IMG/VR virus record: IMGVR_UViG_3300025678_000003
Coordinates: 1-53,473 of that record
Source of the DNA: a virus
Length of the DNA stretch: 53,473 nt
Strand: one strand, 5' to 3'
The stretch's first letter is position 1; each line of letters opens with the position of its first letter. The notes beneath the pieces are model-generated. The model saw nothing but the letters and a program-made list of their open reading frames with translations. It did not search any database and was not told where the DNA came from. Of this stretch, positions 35,489-44,047 are shown piece by piece. A program made the translations under genes and the position numbers.

Positions 35489-35929
35489 ATGGAATCCGAC
35501 GCATCACAACTCGCCGCCATCCTTGCCGCCGATCTCAGCAAAGGCAGCGGCATTGATCGCGCCGCACTTGCCCAAGAATGCGGCATCAGCAATCAGGCCA
35601 TCTCTAACTGGATCAAGACCGGGCGCATCAAGAAGCGCTACCTGCCCGTCGTCGCCAAACACACCGGAAAGCCGCTTTCGCGCTACCTCCTGGACAGCGC
35701 GCAACCCTACCCACTCAATCCGCCCAGCCAACACGCGGCACAACAAGACCCTGCGCCACACTATGAAAGCCAGTCACGGGAGGGGCGCGCTCGTCAGCGG
35801 ACACTGAAAGCGATAGAGGAGCTCGACATTGAAGAACTTGAACTGTTGGCAGAAGACATTGAACGCGACGCGGCCAGACATCGACGCTTGCGCCTGCGTC
35901 GCACCGACCGGCCCACCATCAAGGCTTAA
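35489..35929 (+). CDS. CI-like HTH repressor candidate without a peptidase domain (146 aa)
   Basis: Track ORF trimmed to the ATG at 35489. HTH: DRAALAQECGISNQAISNWIKTGRI. Divergent from cro. Confidence 0.6.
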   Translation: MESDASQLAAILAADLSKGSGIDRAALAQECGISNQAISNWIKTGRIKKRYLPVVAKHTGKPLSRYLLDSAQPYPLNPPSQHAAQQDPAPHYESQSREGRARQRTLKAIEELDIEELELLAEDIERDAARHRRLRLRRTDRPTIKA

Positions 35930-36452
35930 AGCCATTCTTGGCGCAATAGCGATTGCGATTGCGTCACATGCCCCAGCGCAAACGATTCAAAAGTGCGTCG
36001 ACAGCACCGGCAAGGTGACATTCAGCGACAGCGACTGCGGCGGACAAAAAACCTCAATCAATCTGCGCAGCAGCAGCATCGGCGACGGCGGCGCAACGGC
36101 CGCGCGGCAATCTACCGAAACCGCCAAGGCAGCCAACACCAAAGAGCTGGCGATTCGCCGCTACAAAGAAGCCGACGACTTGGTGAAAAAACTTCGCACC
36201 GAGCTTGCCAACAACGAACCCAACCGCGTCGCGGAAACAACGGAAATACTCAAAGAGATCGAGCGATGCCGCTTTCACCGCATCCCTACCCGGCGCTGCA
36301 CCGAGCTGGAAACCATGCAGCAATCGGACATTGACAACAAATGGTCTGCCGAGTGGTGGCGCGTCAACAGAGCACTCACCGATGCCCGCGAAGAACACAG
36401 CAAGGCGACTCGCGCCCTTACGGAGCTAAAAATACCCATTCCCAACAACTGA
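35829..36452 (+). CDS. DUF4124-like secreted protein (up to 207 aa; start uncertain)
   Basis: A hydrophobic signal-like stretch (LKAILGAIAIAIASHAPA) is followed by IQKCVDSTGKVTFSDSDC, the DUF4124 signature. The ATG at 35829 overlaps the repressor gene by 101 nt. Confidence 0.5.
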   Translation: MKNLNCWQKTLNATRPDIDACACVAPTGPPSRLKAILGAIAIAIASHAPAQTIQKCVDSTGKVTFSDSDCGGQKTSINLRSSSIGDGGATAARQSTETAKAANTKELAIRRYKEADDLVKKLRTELANNEPNRVAETTEILKEIERCRFHRIPTRRCTELETMQQSDIDNKWSAEWWRVNRALTDAREEHSKATRALTELKIPIPNN

Positions 36453-36489
36453 ATAGGTATACAGCATACAAAATAAAATACAGCATTGC

Positions 36490-36518
36490 TTGACATTCAG
36501 TTAAGCAATGATTACATT
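36490..36518 (+). promoter_or_regulatory. Early-right promoter
   Basis: TTGACA, 17-nt spacer, TACATT, flanked by and overlapping copies of the operator motif. Confidence 0.6.
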
Positions 36519-36559
36519 GCACTCCATCCCGCCACCCCGGCGGCTCATGGAGTGCAAAC

Positions 36560-37138
36560 ATGCCACAGTTCCGCGTTCTCGAATCCTCGGGCGGCATCAC
36601 GGTTGACGCGCTGGTCACCGTCGACGCCAACAGCCACCAGTTCTCCCCTGCCGAGCAGGCGCACATCAGCCAACTGCACGACCCGCGCTCGACCGCAGGC
36701 AGCGCCGCGCGCGACACCGTTCGCGAGTGCCTAATCGCTCTTTGCGACAACATCGACGAGGAAATCTCGCACGTCGACTTCACGACGACACAAAGCCTGG
36801 AGGACACGCAGAAAATCCGCGTTCGACTCGCCGCCGACGACGCCCGAAACGAAACCAAGGCAGCACTTGAGGAACAGATCGAGGCAAACAAGGCCGCCGC
36901 CGAGCAAGCCATCGCTACCGCCAAAGCCGAAGGAGCCGCCAGCCGCGACGACGAAGTCACCAAACTGAGCCAAACCGTACTGGCCCTGCAGAAAGAGCTG
37001 CGCCAGATCAAGGCCGACAACGAGTTTCAGCAAGCCGCCGACGAAGCGCGCCGCGTAGCGCAGAACCAAGCCCGGCGGGCGCGTCGCGCCAAGGCTGCCG
37101 CCGCAGCCAAAGCCAAGCCCACCAGCAAGCGCAAATAA
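36560..37138 (+). CDS. Hypothetical coiled-coil protein (192 aa)
   Basis: ORF with GGAG 7 nt upstream of the ATG. Confidence 0.6.
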   Translation: MPQFRVLESSGGITVDALVTVDANSHQFSPAEQAHISQLHDPRSTAGSAARDTVRECLIALCDNIDEEISHVDFTTTQSLEDTQKIRVRLAADDARNETKAALEEQIEANKAAAEQAIATAKAEGAASRDDEVTKLSQTVLALQKELRQIKADNEFQQAADEARRVAQNQARRARRAKAAAAAKAKPTSKRK

Positions 37139-37149
37139 GGCGCCGCACC

Positions 37150-37653
37150 ATGAGCAGCGCCACCGTGGCCGCCGGCAACACCGGCGCCGCCTCCTCATGC
37201 CGGCCGATCAAGCCGATCGACGACCAGCGCGACGTGCAATGGGCCATCGCGCAGTTTCTCGAACGGCAACGCCTGCGCGCCGACGTGCACCTGGACGCCT
37301 ACCGCCAGATGACCAACCGCCAAGGCGCGCTGGCCCGTTGCGGCATTTTCAGCCCCGCGCTGCTGCACCGCTGCGCCGAGCGCGCACGCGATCGCGGCAA
37401 CGCCATGCTTGACCGCGCCATTGCGCTGGCCAAGGTTGTTCGCGACGCCGACACACGCCGTCGCGCCACCGCCATCTCGATGCAGTACGCACCGCAAATC
37501 AGCATCAGCGTGCACGATCAAACCGACTACGCACGCGCCGCCGACGCCATGTTGGGCGCGCTCGCCACCCTGCGCGGCACCAGCCGTGAGCCCGGCATCG
37601 TCTGGCCCGAACTGATCGAAGTCATGCCCCGCAGCGAAAGGAAAGCCGCATGA
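37150..37653 (+). CDS. Hypothetical protein (167 aa)
   Basis: ORF. Confidence 0.55.
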   Translation: MSSATVAAGNTGAASSCRPIKPIDDQRDVQWAIAQFLERQRLRADVHLDAYRQMTNRQGALARCGIFSPALLHRCAERARDRGNAMLDRAIALAKVVRDADTRRRATAISMQYAPQISISVHDQTDYARAADAMLGALATLRGTSREPGIVWPELIEVMPRSERKAA

Positions 37654-38075
37654 ACCCCCTCTACGCCCTGCGCCAGTGGGCCGAGCAGCAGCGCAAGCTC
37701 GCCGCACTGCCCTACGTCACCGGCCTCAACCACGACGCCGTCATCGCACGCGCTGATCGCAAAAAGGCCAAGGCCCAGCGCGCCCAGCGCTATGCCAGCC
37801 GGCTCACCCGTGCCGGCGCCTGGCTGCGCGATCACCGCCGCCAGATCGGCGAGCGCATTGCCATCGCCATCGGCAGCGCCGCTATCACCTGGCTGGTTTG
37901 TGCGCAGCCCGCGATTGACGAGCGCGACCACCGCAATGCCAGCCTGGCAGAGCAGAACGAGCAACTGCGCGCCACCGCCATGCGCATGGCCACCGGGCAG
38001 CTCACCATCAACCTCACCGGCCGCAGCAACGACGTGCAAAAGCACGTCCGCGCGATTGCCGAGCTGGAAAAGTAA
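37650..38075 (+). CDS. Hypothetical protein with one TM segment (141 aa)
   Basis: ATGA coupling with the upstream gene. IAIAIGSAAITWLVC is hydrophobic. Confidence 0.55.
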   Translation: MNPLYALRQWAEQQRKLAALPYVTGLNHDAVIARADRKKAKAQRAQRYASRLTRAGAWLRDHRRQIGERIAIAIGSAAITWLVCAQPAIDERDHRNASLAEQNEQLRATAMRMATGQLTINLTGRSNDVQKHVRAIAELEK

Positions 38076-38194
38076 TGATGCTCACCGAAGCCATCGCCAG
38101 CGCTCAAACCGCCGCCATCATCGTGGCGTCGGCGTTCATGGTCGGGCTTGCCATCGGCATTCTCGGCACCCTCGAATTCATGCGCAACAAGTAG
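38075..38194 (+). CDS. Small membrane protein (39 aa)
   Basis: Not in the track. Product: MMLTEAIASAQTAAIIVASAFMVGLAIGILGTLEFMRNK. Confidence 0.3.
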   Translation: MMLTEAIASAQTAAIIVASAFMVGLAIGILGTLEFMRNK

Positions 38195-38236
38195 CTACTC
38201 GTAGCGCAGATCCACCCACCCCAACCCGGAGCCATC

Positions 38237-38746
38237 ATGCCCAAAACATTCGCCCAAGTGGTCGCCGATCAGCGCCGCGGGCATTTCAGCGATCAAGCCG
38301 GCGAAGCGTTTGCCGGCCTTGTCAAACAGGTTGCCGAAACCGGCAAAAAGGGCCGCTTTGTCGTCGTGCTCGACCTGGTGCCCAACCCCAATACCGGGCA
38401 CCTCGTCATTCAGGATGAGATCAAGGTCACGCCGCCCAAGATCGACCGCGCAGCCGACGCCATGTTTGCCACCGAAGACGGCACCCTGCAGCGCAGCGAC
38501 CCAAAACAGCCGGACCTGCCTGGCATTCGCGCCGTTGATACCCCCAAACCGGAGGTCATCTACGTGCCGGTTGACCGCGTCACCGGCGAAGTCATCGGCG
38601 ACAAGCCGGCCGCACCAGTCGCCACCGTCGCGCAACCCACACTCGAATCAGTCGCCATCGCCCTGCAAACCCCGCAGGCCGCGCCGGTGAACCTGGCCCC
38701 ATCGCAAGGCCAGCAGATCCCGCCAGCGAACGAGGCAGCCGCGTAA
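38237..38746 (+). CDS. Hypothetical protein (169 aa)
   Basis: ORF. Confidence 0.55.
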   Translation: MPKTFAQVVADQRRGHFSDQAGEAFAGLVKQVAETGKKGRFVVVLDLVPNPNTGHLVIQDEIKVTPPKIDRAADAMFATEDGTLQRSDPKQPDLPGIRAVDTPKPEVIYVPVDRVTGEVIGDKPAAPVATVAQPTLESVAIALQTPQAAPVNLAPSQGQQIPPANEAAA

Positions 38747-38787
38747 GCGGCACCCCGACCATCAGCCACCCACCCCGAAAGCAACCC

Positions 38788-39681
38788 ATGAACGAACCCG
38801 ATCACAACACCCCGCTGGGCAGCATACCCACCCTGCAACTCACCGCCGCCGATCTGCGCCCGGTGGATTTCAACCAGCCGCGCATGCTCACCGACGAGAG
38901 CGACATGCCCACGCTGCCTTTCATCCTGCTGAAAGATGACAGCGGCAACGAAAGCGTGCGCGCCCTGGAACACCTATACCCAGAGCCCCGCCGCATGCGC
39001 GGCCAAGTGGCGTTGCAAGCCCCGCTGGATTTCATCGCCTACGTGGCGCGCTACATCACCGGCGGCACGCAACTATTCTTCACCAGCAACACCGCTGGCG
39101 CGCAATTTATCGCCGTCATGAACGGGCAGCAAGATCAAGACAACTGCGGCTGGCACGATCACATCGTCACCTACGCCACCGACACCTCGCGCCAGTGGAA
39201 AACCTGGCGTGACAACAACGGCAAGCAGATGACACAGGCCGCGTTCGCCGAATTCATCGAAGCCAACCGCCTCGACTTCACCAGCCCGGAAGCCGCCGAC
39301 CTGCTCAAGATCGCCGAGACGATGGACGCCACGCAAACCGCCGCCTTCAAGGGCATGGTGCGACAGGCCAATGGCGACACCAAGCTCGCCTTTGAAAGCA
39401 CCAGCAAGGCCACCGCCGGCGAGCGCGGCGAGCTGACCGTGCCCGACAAATTCGCCATTGCCATCCCCGTGTTTGTGGATGACAAACCCTACGCGATTGA
39501 GGCGCACTTCCGCTACCGCATCAACACCGAGACCGGCCGCCTCACCATCAGCTACCAGCTCATCAACCCGGAATACACCTTCGAGTTTGTCACCGACAAG
39601 CTGGTCGAGACCATCCGCACCGGCATCGGCCAGCCGATCTACCGCGGCAAGCCAATCACCAACATCAACGCGATCAGCTAA
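38788..39681 (+). CDS. DUF2303 (YfdQ-like) protein (297 aa)
   Basis: Length and motifs (WKTWRDNNGKQMTQAAFAEFIEANRLDF) fit the prophage YfdQ/DUF2303 family. Confidence 0.65.
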   Translation: MNEPDHNTPLGSIPTLQLTAADLRPVDFNQPRMLTDESDMPTLPFILLKDDSGNESVRALEHLYPEPRRMRGQVALQAPLDFIAYVARYITGGTQLFFTSNTAGAQFIAVMNGQQDQDNCGWHDHIVTYATDTSRQWKTWRDNNGKQMTQAAFAEFIEANRLDFTSPEAADLLKIAETMDATQTAAFKGMVRQANGDTKLAFESTSKATAGERGELTVPDKFAIAIPVFVDDKPYAIEAHFRYRINTETGRLTISYQLINPEYTFEFVTDKLVETIRTGIGQPIYRGKPITNINAIS

Positions 39682-39689
39682 CACCACTC

Positions 39690-39711
39690 GGGCTCACCCG
39701 AGCCCGTTTTG
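39690..39711 (+). terminator. Rho-independent terminator after the DUF2303 gene
   Basis: CGGGCTC-ACCC-GAGCCCG followed by TTTT. Confidence 0.6.
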
Positions 39712-39763
39712 GCGAGGGCGCGTTTACCCCCGGCGCGCTCTCACCAAAACACGCGGAGAAAGC

Positions 39764-39940
39764 ATGAAAAGTTACCTGTGGCTAGTAGTCATCATCGTTG
39801 GCATGAGCGCCGTAGTACACGCATGGCGCCTCATCAACCAAACCACCATCATTGAGAAAAAGCCGTGGGAGCATTTCTTCGACTTCCTCTTTGCCGCCTA
39901 CATCACCGGCGGCGGCATTTACCACCTGGCGCAGATGTGA
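39764..39940 (+). CDS. Small membrane protein (58 aa)
   Basis: GGAG, 5 nt, then ATG. Product begins MKSYLWLVVIIVGMSAVVHAW... Confidence 0.5.
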   Translation: MKSYLWLVVIIVGMSAVVHAWRLINQTTIIEKKPWEHFFDFLFAAYITGGGIYHLAQM

Positions 39941-39941
39941 C

Positions 39942-40193
39942 ATGAGCGAAGACGACACCACACCATCGAGCACCCAGCTATGGGCCGTCCACCTCCTGCC
40001 GCACGACGAACACCACGCCGCGCCCACCAAGGAGGAGGCCGATGCCGCCTGCGTGCTCATCAATGCCGCCGCCTCGCGCCAAGCCGAGCCCGGCATGCCA
40101 CCCCCGATAACCGCCACCGCATGCCCCTGGCCCTACAGCGCAGCGAGCTACACCGGCACCGTGAGCGACTTCTACACCCTGTTCTTGAGGTAA
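39942..40193 (+). CDS. Hypothetical protein (83 aa)
   Basis: ATG 1 nt after the previous stop. Confidence 0.45.
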   Translation: MSEDDTTPSSTQLWAVHLLPHDEHHAAPTKEEADAACVLINAAASRQAEPGMPPPITATACPWPYSAASYTGTVSDFYTLFLR

Positions 40194-40196
40194 GCA

Positions 40197-40706
40197 ATGA
40201 ACCGAGCAGAACGCCGCGCCGCCCAGCATCGCAGCCCAGCGCAACACCTGCGCTACAGCGCGCGCACGGTCGAACTGAGCGCGCCGCGCATCGTTGTCAT
40301 GGCCAATGCCTCGTTCGCGCCGATGGCAGCGCTCAAGGCATGGATTGACACCTACGACGACCCCACCGCCCCGGCGATGACCGAGCAAATGCTGGTCGAA
40401 CTCTCGGGCCTATGGCTTGGCCTTACCCGCGGTCTCTACCTCAACGGCACCCCGTTCCCGCGCGACGACGAACGCGCAGGCAACAACCGGCTCGCCAGCC
40501 TGTTCGCCGGCGCCGCACCCACCAAGGCCGATCTGCAACAACTGCACACCCTCGCGGCCCGGCTTATCAACCAAGCCATCAAGGTCAAAGGCTGGGACAC
40601 ATGGAAAGAAGCCGCCACCGACCTCAGCATCAAGAACGAAATCGCCAAACGCCAGAGCGACAGCTATTGGCTGGGCGGATGGAAGCACACAGGAGCGGCA
40701 GCGTGA
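40197..40706 (+). CDS. Hypothetical protein (169 aa)
   Basis: ORF. Confidence 0.55.
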   Translation: MNRAERRAAQHRSPAQHLRYSARTVELSAPRIVVMANASFAPMAALKAWIDTYDDPTAPAMTEQMLVELSGLWLGLTRGLYLNGTPFPRDDERAGNNRLASLFAGAAPTKADLQQLHTLAARLINQAIKVKGWDTWKEAATDLSIKNEIAKRQSDSYWLGGWKHTGAAA

Positions 40707-41038
40707 ACAGCAAAGAATTTCGCGACGAACTGGTCAACATCATGCCTGGCTACCTGTGGACAGTTCACAGGACGAAAAACTCAAAAGCACTGCAAGCCAC
40801 AGGCACTCAATCCAGCGGATCAAACCGTCTATCGACGCTCGTTGTATCGCGAAAAGGAGAGATGGAACCAATCCTGTATGAGGCCACGTACTACGGCCAC
40901 GGGACGAGATCACGCCCAATGGCTTGCGCACACGAAAAAACATTGGCTCGCACCCTGCGGAAACTTCAGGATTACCTCGAAGATGTAGCGAACTCTCATC
41001 GTCAAGCAGCAGATACCTTGGAAGCAGCTCGCCAATAG
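40703..41038 (+). CDS. Hypothetical protein (111 aa, GTG start), visibly lower GC
   Basis: GTGA coupling with the upstream stop. Composition is atypical for this genome. Confidence 0.45.
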   Translation: MNSKEFRDELVNIMPGYLWTVHRTKNSKALQATGTQSSGSNRLSTLVVSRKGEMEPILYEATYYGHGTRSRPMACAHEKTLARTLRKLQDYLEDVANSHRQAADTLEAARQ

Positions 41039-41060
41039 ATAACCTGTTTGCAGGCCAGAA

Positions 41061-41414
41061 ATGAAGCTCAACCCCACCCCCACCCCACCCCGCATTCGCG
41101 TGCTCGAATTTCTCGAAAAGAACCCCGGCCATTTCGCCCACGGCGAAGGCGCCGCCACGCTGCATTGCCTGCAACTCGGCTGGGCCGACTACGCACGCAA
41201 CGACCGCGACGACATCATCGGCCAACACCTCACCGACCAAGGCCGCGCCATCCTCAGCACCCACCGCCTGGCACAGATCGCAAAGCCGAATCCAATCATC
41301 TGCCACCACGATTGTTTTCTTGGCTGCAAGATGCCGCAAGACTGCAAGGCAACGAACAGCAACTCCGTAGCCTCGATGCAGCGCAGCGGAATCGAGGGAG
41401 CCATCCATGCTTGA
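41061..41414 (+). CDS. Hypothetical protein (117 aa); 3' end runs through REP-like copy A
   Basis: ORF. The C-terminal ...VASMQRSGIEGAIHA is encoded by the repeat. Confidence 0.5.
   Translation: MKLNPTPTPPRIRVLEFLEKNPGHFAHGEGAATLHCLQLGWADYARNDRDDIIGQHLTDQGRAILSTHRLAQIAKPNPIICHHDCFLGCKMPQDCKATNSNSVASMQRSGIEGAIHA
41366..41398 (+). repeat. REP-like GTAG-hairpin element, copy A
   Basis: CGTAGCCTCGATGCAGCGCAGCGGAATCGAGGG. Confidence 0.85.
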
Positions 41415-41631
41415 CGCCGACCCCGCCAGCATCACCAAACTGGGCAAAGTCACCATTCACGGCAACCCCAAGCCCGGCCAAAACCGCATCGTCGTGCGCG
41501 GCTTTTCAGGCAACGGCACCACCTGCCGCGACATCAGCGCCCTCGCGCTCGTATGGGCCATCGGCGAGCTGCAACGCGAACTGATGGAAACCCTCAAAGC
41601 GCCCGGCGGCGGCGACGTGGGGGTTGACTAA
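41407..41631 (+). CDS. Hypothetical protein (74 aa)
   Basis: The SD (GGGAG) is supplied by the 3' arm of copy A. Confidence 0.5.
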   Translation: MLDADPASITKLGKVTIHGNPKPGQNRIVVRGFSGNGTTCRDISALALVWAIGELQRELMETLKAPGGGDVGVD

Positions 41632-41633
41632 TC

Positions 41634-41903
41634 ATGGGTGAAGCCAAAACCCGAGGCACCCGCGAGCAGCGCATCGCGCAAGCGATCGAGCGGGACGAAC
41701 GCAAAGCCGCCGTGCGTCGCGCCGAGCGCGCACGCCAGCGCGAGGAAGAACTACGCCGCTACGAAGAAGCCCGCGCCCAAGCCGAGCAAGCCGGCAAAGC
41801 GCCGCCACCCCATCCGGCAGACCTGCGTAGCGAAAGGCTCAAAGCAAGAGCGTTGCTCGCTGGCGCTTTCGGTGCACTCGCATCAATGAACCACTACCGC
41901 TAA
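41634..41903 (+). CDS. Hypothetical charged/helical protein (89 aa)
   Basis: ORF. Confidence 0.5.
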   Translation: MGEAKTRGTREQRIAQAIERDERKAAVRRAERARQREEELRRYEEARAQAEQAGKAPPPHPADLRSERLKARALLAGAFGALASMNHYR

Positions 41904-41917
41904 TACCAAGGACCACC

Positions 41918-42292
41918 ATGAAAAAGCCAGCATCGCCAGCCACCAAACTGAATCCCGCAATCTTGGCCAAACACAAGTCATTGTCTGCCGCCCACGAAGC
42001 GGCAGGCGAAAAACTGTGGGCCTACGAAAAAGAGCAACGCGAAGCGCTCCGCAAAACTCACCCCATCACCGCCGGCAGCATCCTGGTGCGCCAGCGCCCG
42101 GAGTACACCGACACCTACTACCGCGTTGAGGAAGTTTGCCCCACATTCCACGGCAACGGAGAAATCCAGTACCGCATTTCACGCTGCAACAAACGCGGCG
42201 AACGCACCGGCGTCTCACCCAGCTACAACCGCGTCAGCGCCGGAAACGACAAATACAAAGTCTTCAAGCTGGCACCGCGCACGAAGGACTAA
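41918..42292 (+). CDS. Hypothetical protein (124 aa)
   Basis: ORF preceded by AAGGACCACC. Confidence 0.55.
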   Translation: MKKPASPATKLNPAILAKHKSLSAAHEAAGEKLWAYEKEQREALRKTHPITAGSILVRQRPEYTDTYYRVEEVCPTFHGNGEIQYRISRCNKRGERTGVSPSYNRVSAGNDKYKVFKLAPRTKD

Positions 42293-42298
42293 CCAGCA

Positions 42299-42330
42299 CG
42301 TAGCCGTGATTAGCGAAGCGTAATCGAGGG
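42299..42330 (+). repeat. REP-like GTAG-hairpin element, copy B
   Basis: CGTAGCCGTGATTAGCGAAGCGTAATCGAGGG. Confidence 0.85.
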
Positions 42331-42336
42331 AACACC

Positions 42337-42564
42337 ATGCCCATCAACTGGACCACCACCCCCATCGCGCCGGAAGACACGGCGGTACCGATCGCCAAGA
42401 TCATGGCCGAGCTGGGCATCAAGGCGCGCAGCACCGTCTACGAGCGCAGCAAGGCCGGCAACCTGCCGCCGCTGTACAACGACGGCCGCTGCACGTTCTG
42501 CTGGCGCAGCCACCTCGACCTTTACAAGAACAACCTGAAACCGATCTACGGGAAAGCGGCATGA
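42337..42564 (+). CDS. AlpA/excisionase-like HTH protein (75 aa)
   Basis: IAKIMAELGIKARSTVYERSKAGNLPPL. Near the integrase. The SD (GAGGGAA) comes from copy B. Confidence 0.45.
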   Translation: MPINWTTTPIAPEDTAVPIAKIMAELGIKARSTVYERSKAGNLPPLYNDGRCTFCWRSHLDLYKNNLKPIYGKAA

Positions 42565-42827
42565 GCACATATCCAATCACCATCACCGGAACACCGGAAG
42601 AAATCGGCCACAAGATATTTCAGCAGTTCTGCATCCCCGCCATCCGCGAGACCAGCAAACACCACGACGCGCAAAAGTTGGCCAACCTCTATATCGGCTT
42701 TGTCGTGTCAGCCTTTGGAGCGATGGCCGCCGATTTCGGATACGACAACGCACTGGTAGGCGCAGAAAAAATGCTGCAACACTTTCGCGACGCAAAAGCC
42801 GATTGCAGCGAGCCCACCATCAACTAA
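42561..42827 (+). CDS. Hypothetical protein (88 aa), lower GC
   Basis: ORF. Its 3' end overlaps the integrase 3' end by 4 nt. Confidence 0.5.
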   Translation: MSTYPITITGTPEEIGHKIFQQFCIPAIRETSKHHDAQKLANLYIGFVVSAFGAMAADFGYDNALVGAEKMLQHFRDAKADCSEPTIN

Positions 42828-44047
42828 CCAACCCTCAACCCCTCCAAATGATCCGCCCAAGCCTGCATCATCGCGCGCCGCTCCGGCAGGTATTTGGCAT
42901 GGTTGTACGCCGCTCGCACGCGGTCGGGGTCGATGTGCGCAAGCTGCGCCTCGATCACATCATGCCGCCAGCCCATCTCATTGAGCGCCGTGCTCGCGAT
43001 CGAGCGAAAGCCGTGCCCGGTCATCCGCTCCTTGTAGCCCATCGTCTCAATAGCCTTGAGCACCGTGTTATCACTCATCGGGCGCGTCGGGTCACTGCGG
43101 TTGGGGAACAGCACCGTGGCCGGCCCCGTGCGCTGTATGCGGCCATGCACGCGGGCATGCTCGATCAACAGCCCGAACTGCGCCACCGCCTGGCGAGCCA
43201 GCGGCACCACATGGGGCCGCCGCGCCTTCATGCGGGCAGCGGGTATCTGCCACAGCGCATTGGGCAAGTCGAGCTCGCCCAGCCGCACCTCGATCAGCTC
43301 GCTGGTGCGCACAAAGGTCAACGCCAGCAATTGCAGCGCCACGCGCGAGAGCATGGCGCCGGGGTAGGCATCCATCGCGCGCAGCAGGCCGGGCAGCTCA
43401 TCCAGCGGCACAAAGGCATGATGTCGCTCGGTGCGGCTGGCGAACACATCCACCGGCGCCACATCGGCGCACACGTTGCGCACGTCGTCATGCTCCGCTG
43501 CCGCGTAGCGCATCACGCGGCCGCAGCACTCAAATACACGCCGCGCCACCTCGCCGTAACCCTGCGCCTCGATCGCCTTCACACAGCGCACGAAGTCAGC
43601 CGCCCGCAGCGCGCCCACATCACGCGCCCCGAGATCCGGGAACACGTAAAGCTCCAATCGGGCGAGCACCTGGTCGGCATACTTGATCGACCGGCTGCCG
43701 CGCCAGCCCGCATGCCAGCGCCGGGCGATCGCCTCGAACTGCCGCGCCGGGCGCACCGCCTGGGCCACGCCGGCCGCGCGTTCAGCCTGCTGCCGGTGCG
43801 CTGGGTCAACACCCTGCCGCAGCGCCAAGCGCGCCGCATCGCGCGCCACGCGGGCAGCCGCCAAACCCACCTCGGGGTAACGCCCCAGTGTCAGCCGCTT
43901 CTCAACACCCGCAACGCGGTACTTCCACCGCCAAGCCTTGGTGCCAGCGGCAGACACCTCGAGGTAAAGCCCACCCGAGTCAGCAAAACGCGAGTAGGCG
44001 CGATCGGCAGCGCACACAGCGCGCCGGCAAGCAGCATCAGTCAACAT
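42824..44047 (-). CDS. int: Tyrosine integrase, P4-type (407 aa from the ATG)
   Basis: N-terminal arm-binding pattern LTDAACRRA...GGLYLEVSAAGTKAWRWKYR. C-terminal HGFRSIASTALNE...AQLAH...AYNHAKYL catalytic region. Confidence 0.9.
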   Translation of the reverse strand: MLTDAACRRAVCAADRAYSRFADSGGLYLEVSAAGTKAWRWKYRVAGVEKRLTLGRYPEVGLAAARVARDAARLALRQGVDPAHRQQAERAAGVAQAVRPARQFEAIARRWHAGWRGSRSIKYADQVLARLELYVFPDLGARDVGALRAADFVRCVKAIEAQGYGEVARRVFECCGRVMRYAAAEHDDVRNVCADVAPVDVFASRTERHHAFVPLDELPGLLRAMDAYPGAMLSRVALQLLALTFVRTSELIEVRLGELDLPNALWQIPAARMKARRPHVVPLARQAVAQFGLLIEHARVHGRIQRTGPATVLFPNRSDPTRPMSDNTVLKAIETMGYKERMTGHGFRSIASTALNEMGWRHDVIEAQLAHIDPDRVRAAYNHAKYLPERRAMMQAWADHLEGLRVG

